DNA of 64,000 nt. It comes from Diadema antillarum. Taxonomy: Eukaryota. Positions 25,086-37,612 of the stretch are shown piece by piece (within the stretch, counting starts at the first letter, position 1; every line of letters begins with the position of its first letter). A program made the position numbers and the translations under genes. The stretch is from positions 1 through 64,000 of the forward strand of contig NW_027271416.1 in the NCBI RefSeq assembly GCF_040938485.1. The letters run 5' to 3'. The notes beneath the pieces are model-generated. The model was not told the origin of the DNA, did no database searches, and was given only the letters and a program-made list of their open reading frames with translations.

Positions 25086-27934
25086 GGTTCATTCCATCCA
25101 TGCAAAGTATCTCTGTGAAAATAGCTCCGCACCGCGATGTTTACATTTCATTCTCCGGTCTGAATAGCTATGCTCTCCGCGATCCGCTCGTCTGATTATC
25201 GAACAACATCGAAGCACACTGCACTATCGATGCGTACAGTAATCGGTCTCAGTCGTTCGGCAAATTATACTTTTATCGATGTGCCCGAGTAGAATGGGCT
25301 TTTATGGCCATAGGCCTATTTTTGATACATATATTCTTTTTGTGATAGTGTTCATATTAATTATAATGTTCCATTCATACAACAAGATATTGACCCAAAT
25401 GCGGGTGTTAAAAATATAAATAAATTCAACATTACATTACATCAGGGGGCGGGCGTCGATCCGTTTGTACACGATTGTATGTCATCACGGAAATTGACGG
25501 GGGGGGGGGGGGGGGGGACTGGCGGGAGGGGGTATACCCACACGACAGAGCTTTTTCATTAATTTTTTTACAATTGAAATAGAACAATCTCGTGCACAGG
25601 CCTACTTTATGTAGAGTATTCGGAAATGTATCAGAGAAGTGTAGTTAGTAAGTCTGTCATATGTGGAGGGAGGCCATCGAGCGGGGAAGGTGGGGGAGGA
25701 GGTTCCGGGAGATGGGAGCGGAGGTAAGGCCTATGGCCCCCTCTCACTTGATGGAGGCTTTGTTTTGTTTTGTTTCGTTTTTTGAATTGTTTTGTTTTGT
25801 TTTGATTTTTGTAATTGCAGTTCAACGACTGGGCAGGGCACACTTCCGGCGGTGAAATGATTGGACAATGCCAATCCCCAGAGTGCCATAATCAATGCAT
25901 TGAGTGGAGGCTAATACAGTATAGGGGCCTTTATAGCAGGGGAGAAGGTGGGAAGGGGGTTTCCCCTAATAACCCTAACCCCTCCTGTGAGGAAGGCTTT
26001 GTATTTTAAGGACTGTAATAAAAAACAAACAAACTCGTATTGCTTTTTGATCAAATATTCAGAAATTTGTCAATCTCAAAAGTGAAATTTTATGGAAGGG
26101 GAACCTAACGGGGAAGCCAATATCCCCTCCCACGAGAGGGGAGATTTTGCATTTTCAGAGTTGAAATTCAGCTATCTGGTGCACACTTTGGGGAAATATT
26201 AAGACAATTTCTATTACGTTTATGAAAAGCAAAAAAAAAAAAAGAGTTTTCTGCATCTCGGGATTTTTTTTTTGTTGTAGGGGGGGGGGGAACAAACTGA
26301 TACATCTCACTCCCATCACCCACACCCCCCCCCCCCCCGCTCATATTTTCATGGGAGGCGGGGCAACTGTTCCTTTTTCCCTCCAGGATCGACGCCCCTG
26401 CATACGAGGAAGCTTTCGCATCTAGTAGTATTTAAATGCAAATATCTTGTAAGCACATTTTTCGTGACTGACTTTGGGAAATTGTCAATCCCTCCGAAAG
26501 TGTATTAAATCTATAATGGAGGGGAACCTAGCGGAGAAAGAGTCAGTTGAAAGGAGATATCCCCTGAATTCCCTCCCACACGAGGAAACTTCTTCATTTT
26601 TGGAACTAAAGTAACAGCTATATGATTCACTCTTTTTATAAAAAACATTCGGAAATCTGTCAACATAAAAGTGTAATATTAGTCTATATAGGAAAGGACC
26701 GAGCGGGGCAGGTAATGGCAGGGGGTATCCCTCTCCCATCCCATGCTATATGGTGATTTTTTATAATTGAAATTCAACAATCTGGTCCACACTTTGGTGA
26801 AGTGTTATGATAGTTTTCTGTCAAAAAAGCAAGAAAATGTTCCGCATCTCTGGAGTTATTGGGGAAAATGATATGCCCCCACCCACCTGCGATCGACTTG
26901 TCTATCAGGCTGCATTACATTATTATACATTGCAGTCTGCAGCAATAGGTGGTATGCAGGTGCACTGTACTGATAGAACACCCTTCAAAGAATTCCATTT
27001 TTTAATGTTTGAATTTTCCAACGTTGGAGTTTCACGTTGATTCACATTTATTTACCGTATTTATAGATAACTAACACGATTTAGCATAATGAAGCACTTA
27101 AATCTGTTGTGGTTACACTAAATATCATCACTTTCGTTTTGATATAATACCATGTGTTACCCATGTACTATTCACAGTGTTCTCGGTTGCGTTCTTATTC
27201 ATTGTTATTGTTGCGTCATAGACTAATGGAATTAGTGCGTGTGTGTGTGTGTTGATGTGTCTGTATGTATGTATTTGTGCTTGTTACTCCGAGGTAAGTT
27301 AAGAACTACTTAAGTATAAGAATACAGATATTTTCACTCATATTGATTTGCGTTGAAATTATTCATTTGAAACTGGTCGATTTATTTATTTATTTATTTT
27401 TTGCTATTACATCTGTCTGATGTACAATGTACATCAGTGATTATCAGGCTGGCGACACTTCAAAATAATAGAGTGCATTCCAATTTCTTGCGACATTTTC
27501 AAGAAATGCACTGAACGCCAGTAGTGGTCTGATATTATTGCTATATAAAAAAAGTTGGGTATTTTCATCCCTGGATTGTACATGATTGCGCCCAATGTTA
27601 GATTCTTCGAAAGAATATCTGATCTGAGAAAGTAAACACATCGTGATCGTGATTAAGAAAGGGATGACATCCTGGTCTGCAAGAAGAAGACGTCGATTAT
27701 TTTCTACTTTGATAATGGTTCGCTTATACCTGTTACATCACGTGAAGCAATAGAATATGGTTTGAATGTTATTTCATAATTTATATGGAAAGATATTATC
27801 ACAGTCATTACCGTTACTAACATCTCATGTGCAGATATGGATCCATGGAAACTGATATACGATAAATACTGAGACGTACGTCATGGCAGTGAGAACATGT
27901 TAATCTAACAACGTTACTTTTTTTCGTTACCTGA

Positions 27935-28450
27935 GTATACTAAGTATCATTGTTCAGAATCTAAGCTATGCGACTCTTTAAATGAGGTAACGAAAGTTTT
28001 GTGTCTTTTGTCCCTTTGCGGCTCCCAACAAAATTCATGGAGAGCTTTCTTCCCTACCGCCTCTGACTTCTGAAAACCACTCTGATTGGTAGAGCTATTG
28101 TTCTAAATCGGAGCTCACGAAGGCGGGCGGCTTTACCCTTTCCTATTGTTCTCGCTTTCAAACGCCGGACGTTCATAAGGACGGATACTCAAATCCATAG
28201 TAGCGTCATCTTGGAGTAATCACCATCGCCTCTGTCTTTAGTGATTGGTTGTACAACTTCGACCAATGAAAATCAAGCATCAGTGGGAGGAGGAGTCCAT
28301 TACTCTTATTACTGATCTCTCTCATCGGGTAAAGATAAGAGGTCCAAAATTTTGCCCTTCACTTTTCGACACAAGCCCAGCAAGTCAAGACGCGTGATAC
28401 CGATCTTCGTAGAGCACTTTATTCGATTCACTCTTCTCTCATCATCGACC
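27935..28450 (+). promoter_or_regulatory. Proximal promoter of copy A (conserved with 39318-39853 upstream of C)
   Basis: High A/C conservation, CCAAT boxes at 28085, 28244 and 28263, and GC-box-like ggcgggcgg. Confidence 0.55.
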
Positions 28451-29525
28451 ATGGCTGATTCCCTCTGGTTGCTCGCCCACAAGTCGTCGTCCGTTTCAAC
28501 TGAACATTCACGTCGTCGACGTCCGACCAAGTTCACCAAACTGCAGCTAGAGAGACTCGAGGTCGAATTCAGCAGAGACCGATATCCTGACATCGTTTCT
28601 AGAGAGAAGCTGGCCGCAGCATTTGGTCTCAGCGAAGCCAGGATTCGAGTAAGCAATATTTTGTTTTATCCCAGTAAATAACGCTTTTGCATGTCTCATT
28701 ATTATTTTGTCAATTAGTAAATATTTTCTAACAGACTTCTTACTGAAAGTAAGTGTTAGCGTATCTGCGCTCAAGGATTATGAGCCAATTTGCTATTTAT
28801 CGTGATTTATCTAAGTACTAAAACTATTCATAATGTTACTTTCATCAATGAAGAGGATCTTAATGGCTCAAAAATGGTAGTCTATTATATTATACACAGT
28901 AAAAGAAACGTGTCATGGAGAATATTAAGTGTATTATCATTGTTATAACGACGACGACGATGGTGATGATGATATTAATGTGCTTTCATACATGAAATCT
29001 AAACAAAGAGTGATGTGTCCTTTTCTCCATGTGCAGGTCTGGTTCCAGAATCGTCGTGCACGTTATCGTCGAGCCGTCCGTACTTCCGATCCAGTTCAAT
29101 CAGTTACCGGGATGAGCCGCATCGACAACGTGTTCGCAGAACCTGAGGTGGAATACAGTAGGAAGCGAAAGCGATCTTCGACATTCGATGTCATCGAACG
29201 GGAGATCACACCGCCACCTAAGAAGTTCGCCATCAACGACTCACCGATGTCAGTCGATTTCCTGTCTCGTAGCAGCCGATCACCGAAATCCTGGTCGTCT
29301 TTCCGCATCAGCAAGGAGCGTGACATCATCAATTTGCAGCAGACAACATCTCATCGAAAGCAGCAGGGCGCCACCAATCCCTTGATGTCTGTAGACTTCC
29401 TCTCCCGAAGCAGCCGACAGATCTCTTCGCATCCATCGATAAAAGCGAGTCTCTACTACTGTACCACACCAGCTCCATTCTACACGTCTATTGGTCATCG
29501 TTTCGTCTACATCATACCATCCTGA
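28451..29525 (+). CDS. pmar1: pmar1/micro1-like paired-class (Q50) homeobox repressor, copy A, intact, 228 aa
   Basis: Exons 28451-28648 and 29037-29525. The intron falls between homeodomain residues 46 and 47, the typical PRD-class position. HD reads RRRRPTKF...[11 protein letters not shown]...RIR|[12 protein letters not shown]. Two [11 protein letters not shown] eh1-like motifs at 29247 and 29385. The pmar1/micro1 assignment rests on recalled family features (RRRRPT arm, double eh1-like motif, tandem clustering), not a search. Confidence 0.85.
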
Positions 29526-29849
29526 ACTTTTGAATGAACTCAAGAGAACATTCGAGAAAAGGATTGTACAACACGTGAACACTCTCCTTAATGGACGTTT
29601 ATTTTGATTTCTAGCATGATCTTGCCTTCATATGCTTCTAATGTCATGTCATTGTCTATATTAAAATGTACAAAAAAGAACACATCCCTCTGAATATTAT
29701 TTGCCATTCTCGTATTCGTCGATCCTTTTCAAGTGTCGTTTTCAAGTGTAGGTTGGTGTATAAAATGGTGTGTGTACGTCTTTGTGTGCGTGTGTGGGTG
29801 CGTGCGTGTGCGTGTGCGTGTGTCTGTATCTCCCCCTCTCTCTAAACAC

Positions 29850-30069
29850 NNNNNNNNNNNNNNNNNNNNNNNNNNNNNNNNNNNNNNNNNNNNNNNNNNN
29901 NNNNNNNNNNNNNNNNNNNNNNNNNNNNNNNNNNNNNNNNNNNNNNNNNNNNNNNNNNNNNNNNNNNNNNNNNNNNNNNNNNNNNNNNNNNNNNNNNNNN
30001 NNNNNNNNNNNNNNNNNNNNNNNNNNNNNNNNNNNNNNNNNNNNNNNNNNNNNNNNNNNNNNNNNNNNN
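29850..30069. other. Assembly gap (220 N), paralogous to the (TA)n-rich segment near 41430-41570
   Basis: Run of N; both flanks match the region downstream of copy C. Confidence 0.95.
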
Positions 30070-31719
30070 GGTCTATAACTCATGTACATTACACCATCGG
30101 ATCATATGTATGTACGTATGTATATGACTATAAATATATATACATATAATCATATACATACATACATACATATAATCCGATGGTGTGGACTTAGCGATGT
30201 TTAGTTTGAAACATGAAAAACAATTGACCAGAGTGTTATTAATCACTATTTTTAAGACATAAAGTATGAGTGTGAAAGCGAAGATGAAGATTATTTGCAA
30301 CGTAACTTAGAGAAGATCAAATACCAGTAGTGTGTTTATATAACATAAATATATTTACACATATTTACACGTAATAGCACATAACAAAGATGCAAATCAA
30401 AACACATATCAGAAAGGTTGTCTGAGGCTTGCTCGATACAGCAGCAACCGAAATTGCATGCAAACAAGATTTGATTACACTAGTCCTACACTATTTTCAA
30501 TTCAATTTTTATTTCCACTCATGGGGTGGAATACCATCGTCAGCCAAAGGCTGGTTTTCAGAGGGGTCCACACATACAGGTTAAAAATGCAAAATACTTT
30601 CATTAGGACCGAGTAAATCAAGACGTTAATTATTGGTCTCAAGGTTTGTAAATCAGTTGTTTTGAATAAAATTATTGGAAAAAGTGACCAATTGGTATCA
30701 CAAAATATGCATGATCACAGATTCCTAGAGGCGATATTCTGCTCAAAGTTGATTTCACTTTGCACAGACCCAACCTTTCCTTAAAACCAACCAAACAGAC
30801 AAACAAACAAGTAAAAAAAGAAAAATTCGCTCACGTGTAGTGAAAAAGATCTATTACATGTTTGTTTTCGATTGTCAGGCCGACTGAATATTGAATCATT
30901 ACATGGAGGCAAGGTACTTCACTTGAACAATAAAAATGATAATAGTGAAAAGCAGATGTTTTTTATACAAATTACAAATAATAAAAAAAAGAACTTGGAT
31001 GTATGCTACTGCTCAGCTCAGTTTCGTTCCGAATTATCATGTCGACAGTCGCCAATGCCTCAGAAATATAATCACGAAAAACAGAATGACAGCTATAAAG
31101 GAGGAACTAAATTCAAATCAGAGGTATACATAATTAATGTTTTAGATGGACTCTCAGGGAGATATGTATACAGAACACAATTTTTTTTTGAGCCCTTTTA
31201 GAAATTGTATGGAGTATAAAGAAATTATTATAAATGTAGCGATACTGTGTGCACAGGAGTTTAAATTGTCATGAGAACATTTTACTTGATTTGCTTACAT
31301 GACAAGTTACTGATACCCATTAAGTTCCTATGATCACCTATCTCTCCTATTTATATATAATGAATCCCAGTCATGCAACATCACGAAGTTGTATCTTCTC
31401 GAATCTGTGACTGACGCGTTTGGGTTGATTGACAGTCAGGGGTGGACACTTTGTGTCCAGGTTCATCAGCGGCAAGCTTCAATCAAATTGCTTCATCTCA
31501 TCGTCATTAGCCTTGAATGATCCTTTCAAGAGATGAAAAGAATCTTGGCAGAGTTTGATGATGCGGAAGACGCTCCGTTTCCATTGAACTCTGAGCGTTT
31601 GATTACACTCTTTAGATGCACAATTATATAATCGCATGGATCAAAAGCACGCTGAGCGTTGGTCAGCTTTTGTTGGCTTTAATCGCTTGGCGGCTGACCA
31701 TTAGGGAATGAAAGATAGT

Positions 31720-31869
31720 ATGGTTCTTTTTTAGCCGCTTGGTCTCGGTCATCTCGTTAACCTCACTGGTCAGGTGATTCGACCTATTCAACAAGCTTGG
31801 AACATCATTAGACATGACTGGAGAGAAACTGGCTGCTAAACACTCGGCCTCTATGTAGACAGAAGTATG
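31720..31869 (+). pseudogene. Highly decayed pmar1-like exon 1 relic (B/D type), unit 1
   Basis: 31819-31869 ggagagaaactggctgctaaacactcggcctctatgtagacagaagtatg aligns with the B exon-1 end gagagaaactggctgccgcactcggcctcgatgaagacagaatacaa|gtatg. Confidence 0.7.
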
Positions 31870-33378
31870 CTGAAATTCATAGTCCTTGCCGAATTGAAGA
31901 TGTATCTGATTTAATATGGAAAAAAAAATGGGTAAAGCAAAAGAGTTCAAGCTAATAAACCTCAGGTCTCGTAACTACGCCAGGTTTTATTGTGATGTGA
32001 AGATAGGTGAGTCAGTTACTCTGTATCGGGATTCAGTTCCTGACATTTGAGTTCAACTCAGCTCAGTTCACTTTCATATTTTCTCTGCATCTGGATGTTC
32101 TCTGGAAATAACACATGAAAATGGCGATATATATAATATCGACACAAAATAAAAACATTTACAGAGCATACATTCACAGTGTAATGACCACAATAATCTT
32201 TGAAGTAGTTGAACAAAATTCAATAAAATCTAAGAAGTCAATGACACATTTTTTTAGAGAAAAAATGTAGGGGTTTGTGTATTTAGAATGTTCGTTATAA
32301 GTGATGGCAGCCTCAGAAAGAGGAAACACACACAGAAATGGTGAAACTGCTACTGAAACTTTTCTTATGCTAACTTAATGGCATCTCCGGATGGAAACGA
32401 GTGAGGAAGGAAGAAAATAAGCAACGTAAGAAGTTACGTGTGCAGAGCAGTGAATTAGGTAATGAAATGTGCTTATAATTATTACTGCATGAAGAGCGGT
32501 TGTAAAATGTAATGCAAAAGTGATATACATGTGAATATGATAGACGTGTGTGTGTTGTGTATCATGTATGAGTGGTCTTGTGTAATGCCAAATACGTAGT
32601 GATAGAGAGTGTACGCGACGGTATTGGTGGTTTGCTTGCTCTCTTGTGAGCATGTATTATCGTGTATAGCTTGTTTATTGCTTTAAATTTCTGACGTCTA
32701 AGCCTATACCTCTACAATGTTAGTTTTAATGAAAGGAATTATTTCAGAGTTGCAAAAGGAAAACGCCTACTCTTACTCTCTACAGGTAAGCCATAATGAT
32801 GTAAATGGAACACATGTAATAATACTTTCGAACAAATATTCATTTATTTGTCTTTACCCCTGATCTCCTAATGTAATTTTGTATCTGCCGTTTGTAACTT
32901 TGTTTGGATCACTAGCAATCAAAGTAAGTACTTGACTTACTTGTTATGATTAGGGTATTTCAATGCCAGCGTTTACTTCCATTAAACCAATAAAAACAGA
33001 ACATTTATACATGTCCCTAATTTTGTGCATTTGCTTCTTCGTGTCATATTTTACAAAGTGTCTGTTTTGGGGGGTTTATATATGTATCTGATTATGAAGA
33101 CGATAATGATTATAATTATACCTCTTACTATGCATTTGTACTACTACTTCTGCTACTACCACTACTATAAAAAAAATGCTACTACTGCTACTGTGAAATA
33201 CAAGTAAAATTACGTAATACGACACAATGCTATAATAACAAGGGTTAAAGCAATAACATTTGTTATATTGATAAAGTGATGATAGTACGAAGAATCATAA
33301 TTTTGTCGTGGTAATCATCATTGTTGTTTTCATCGCTAATCATCATTATCGTCCAATAATGTACCCTGTCTTAAGGTA

Positions 33379-33818
33379 CAGTTGAACCTCTCTTATCCGG
33401 CCTCCCTTTATCCGGATCTCTCTATTATACGGACGCAGTCTCGCCGTGATTTTTTGTTAAATAATTACGGGAGGAAAGGGGGATTCCCAACTCCTTGAGA
33501 ACTCCTACACAGACACACATGAATTACATATACTTGATACATTTCTTAATAGTTATTTAGGTAAATAATCCCAAGAATTTATAAAAGAAAATGATTTAAT
33601 TCTTGCAAACACGAACCTCTATTTTGGGGTCTGTTACTGAGTGTAACAATGAAAAGGTTGCAGTATACACATTACTACACGTGGTACTACAATAGGCTAC
33701 TGTACATGTGTATGTATATTATGTACATGTATAAAGCATTGAGTCTCCCGTATCCGGCCAAATCCCTTATCCGGATGAGCCTCGGTCCCGACTTGTCCGG
33801 ATACGAGAGGTTCAACTG
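33379..33818. mobile_element. Tigger-like MITE, 440 bp, present only in duplication unit 1
   Basis: TA|CAGTTGAACCTCTCTTATCCGG ... CCGGATACGAGAGGTTCAACTG|TA. The paralogous empty site at ~44700 has a single TA. Confidence 0.85.
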
Positions 33819-36580
33819 TATATCCAATGACATTTTCACATAGTTTATGCTCGCTGTGATGTGATAATTATTGTCGACCCTTATCATGCTTATAGGTTGG
33901 CCTGAGACTCCTGATTGACATGTTGTTGTTATTAAGTTTTGGGGCGTACAATTCGTGTGCCGAATATTGACGCCATCTACGTGCGGGTCTCTGTATCTTT
34001 TTGGCTTTCGTTGTTGTTACAGTACTTTTCATGACGGGTCCCAGGTCCGGGCGTCAGTGAAACGTTCCTCCCTGATTGAAAGTACGCGGACTGACCGATA
34101 TAGAGGTGACTATAGTCGAGGCGACGTAGACTGAAATCCTCCATAGCACAATTTTCAAAAGGGATTCATTGAATGACCTAACGAGACGGTTTACTTTCAT
34201 CTCGTTAGAGACAGTGTAGCGGCAGAATGTCATTGTAGTTTAAAGACGAGACCGAATCAATAGCAGCTCTTTGAGGACAATCATTGAACGTGCTATTCAA
34301 GCGACAGGCTGAATAGACATGACACCACCCGACACATTCAATATTCATCGAGTTCTTTTGAAGCGGGGGAGTTCTAATGACGATTTAGTATCTGCAATAA
34401 ATGTTGTGCTTCATAAAGCCACTGCCCCTGATCTTGATCCCCTCAAAGGGATCGGCAATATTTTCATCGCCTTAGTTCACTAAACCTTCAACTCGTGCTT
34501 TTGTTCAGTTACTTTGTAGGCAGAGTAAAGAGTAGGGAAGCGAGCTTGCAAAATTGCATCTGAAGAAGATCCGGCTCTAATTGAGCGCGTGAATCACAAG
34601 GCGTACTGAATGGTAGCGTGAGAATGATCACAGTTTAGAAGCTACCCCATACTCTATCCTTTCTTGATCGAAAGAAAAGTTAGAAAATGGATAAAGCCCT
34701 ACATCACTGAATTCGTTAAAATGACATCTCAAATGATATATGTTTCCAAATCTTGTGTGGAAGTTACCAAAACAATTTACTCACATTCAATCTATTTGCC
34801 ATAATTATTTCATCAGTCTTGAACGCTGATTTTTTTTTTCTTTTTATCACAGCCTATCCACCACGGAGAGATCTGCATAGGTTTCCAAAATTCCAACAAA
34901 CATCATTAACATTAAGGTCTTGCTCCCTTATCGGTGATTACAGATCTTATACAACTCAAATCGTAATAACTATATTACTGACTAATTACGTAATAACTAA
35001 AACAGGACTCGATGATGATGTCGTGACCTGTTTCAAGAACTTGCGTCTTTCACATCAAGTTGTTTCAGGAATGTCATGACTGTAACAATGAGGACGCTCT
35101 TGTTATAATCTTTACAAGGTAGTATATAGGAGAAATCGTAAAGTGGAAAGTCGTGTCCCAGATACATTCTTATTTTCTATTGGGGAACTTATCATACCCC
35201 TGTTTCGTGAAAACATTTTCGTTTTTACTTTCTGATTTATTCTGTCTTAATGTAATGGTTTGTTTGGTCCGGAATCTAGTGTCCTTTTGTTATAAGTTAA
35301 AAAGAGAACATACATGATTATCTTTAGCTTCTCTGTTTCACAGTGGTTGATATTCAAGCAAACTTGTTTAGTTCTTCACGAGTTCACTGAACTTTCATAT
35401 GCAAGTACGCCGACTAACATTAATCCAAGTTAGAATACAATGTTAATAATGCATCCCATCCTGTATGACTTGAATGCTGATATTCAATATTATATTTTTA
35501 TCATTTGAACTTTTATTCAATTCTTCGAATTCTTAAAATGTTAATCATCCTACATTTGAATTGAATTTAATCTAAGCTCTGCTGGGCAATGAAAACTAGA
35601 AGTACAAAACTGAGGAGCTTGATACAATGCAATGTGACAATAAAAATGTAGATAAATTATGTGATTTGAAGTACCACTGTCGGACTGTGTGTGCTCATAT
35701 GTCTATTGTATTTTTTAGAGTATTGCTTGATTTTATATTTGTTCAAGACTGTTTTTTTTTGTTGTATGTTTGAGTGTCTTTGCGTGCGTCTGTGTGTGTG
35801 TGTGTGTGTGTGTGTTCGGTGTGTATGTGTTGTGCACGTGTTCATCAATATCGTATCATAATAGGCAGCTGTGTCTTCTTAGTATCAAATTTTTCAATAT
35901 TTACCATCTGTACATTTTATCAATTCTCCCTTGTATTTCTCATTCCAGATTCCGTTTGCATCACTTCATTGTTGATCCAAAGTTAACTAAAAATTCTAGT
36001 CCCTCTCTAAAATTCATTAAGTTATTTATGAAGTTAAGACCTAATTTTAATCAAGCATGAATACCGGCGAGCATTTACCCTTATCTCAAAGTCTAGCCCA
36101 CTGTAACAACAAAAGAACGACACATACATAACTATACATACACGCAAGCACACACGCATATAAGTAATCATTGTGTTACTTGGGTTACACCAAACACACA
36201 CACACACACACAGACTCAAACAAACAAACAAACAAACAAACACACAAACAAACAAACAAACAAACAAACAAACAACCATGAACAAATATAAAATTGAGCA
36301 ATACTCAAAAATACCACAGGAACAAGATAAGATGAAATGAATGAAATCTCAATGTCAAACCGTAATGTTTATTATCAAACATTGAAGATAAAGAAACAAA
36401 ACAATGTTGCTGAATTCATCGCGAGTGTCTCAGAACAGAGGAATAGTGTTCTGAAGTCGGAAGCATTCTTGTTTACAAAATTGTTTGCAGGAAAGTGTCA
36501 AACAAACTTCTCAATATGAGAAATGATATACAGTATCACATTTCAGTCACTCCTATGAAAGTGCGGCAGCTTCACAGCAG

Positions 36581-37612
36581 TCAGTGTGGAACGACGAAGA
36601 CGTAAGGATGACTAAACATGCAGAATGGCGACTGGATGTGTTGGAGACTCCCTTCACGGTATGGCGATGGATACGAAGAAGTCGGTCGGCTGCTTCGGGA
36701 GAGGAAGTCTACAGACATCAAGGGATTGGTGGCGCCCTGCTGCTTTCGATGAGATGTCGTCTGCGGCAAATTGATGACGTCATGTTCCTCGCTGATGCGG
36801 AAAGTCGACCAGGAATCCGGTGATCGGCTGCTACGAGACAGGAAATCGACTGACATCGGTGAATCGTTGATGGCGGACTTCTTGGGCGGCGTGGTGTTCT
36901 CCTGGTCGATGACGTCGCATTCCGTTGATCGCTTACGCTTTCTTGTGGATGAAGACTCTGTTCCCTTGATGTCGGTTGACCTGTTGATCTGGTTGTAGCT
37001 GATGTCTGGTCGAGCAGAGAGGGAGTTGAGTGAAGCTCGACGAAGGCGTGAACGACGATTCTGGAACCAGACCTGAAGTTAAACAAATCACAGATCTGAC
37101 GTTAGCATTTTGCTTCATGCACAAACATTTTTTTAAACATAAAACGTAACATGCTACTGCCAGAAAGAAGTCACCAAATGTCGAGGAAAACATAAAGGAC
37201 GTGCTTCTTAACCTCGGCCATTTATATTCTCGCTTTGCTAGAAATGTTTGAGTCCCAAATTTTCATCTATCTCAGGTATTGCATTGTAATAACAGCCTAT
37301 GAGAATATAGCTGTAATTTGAAACCATTAATTTACATTCAGTAATATCAAAACAGTATTAAAAGAGAAAATCAACTTTACTTCATCATTTATACATCTTT
37401 GCTTTACATACTTGTATTCTGTCTTCATCGAGGCCGAGTGCGGCAGCCAGTTTCTCTCTGGAAACGATGTCGGGATATCGGTCGATGTCGAATTCAGCCT
37501 TCAGCCTCTCGAGCTGCCATTCGGTGAACACGGTCGGACGTCGACGACGAAGACCCTTGGTAGGAACGGACGTCGAGACTTGAGGGAGAAGGGAGAGCAG
37601 TGAATCAGCCAT
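36581..37612 (-). CDS. pmar1: pmar1/micro1-like homeobox, copy B, intact, 230 aa
   Basis: Exons 37612-37412 and 37072-36581, open throughout on hand translation. HD reads RRRRPTVFTEWQLERLKAEFDIDRYPD...LGLDEDRIQ|VWFQNRRSRLRR. Two MSVDFLS motifs. Confidence 0.85.

Noticed and set aside
25965-25983. ccctaa telomere-like motif
   Set aside because: Only about two imperfect units; chance level.
29096-29582. Antisense and alternative-frame ORFs conserved in all homeobox copies
   Set aside because: Shadows of the GC-richer exon 2; their recurrence is explained by the duplication.
34540-34740. Coding-looking island (LIERKVRKWIKPYITEF), duplicated at ~45430-45630, faintly like a PWI domain
   Set aside because: Multiple stops in both copies, no clear splice frame, and similarity too short to support without a search.
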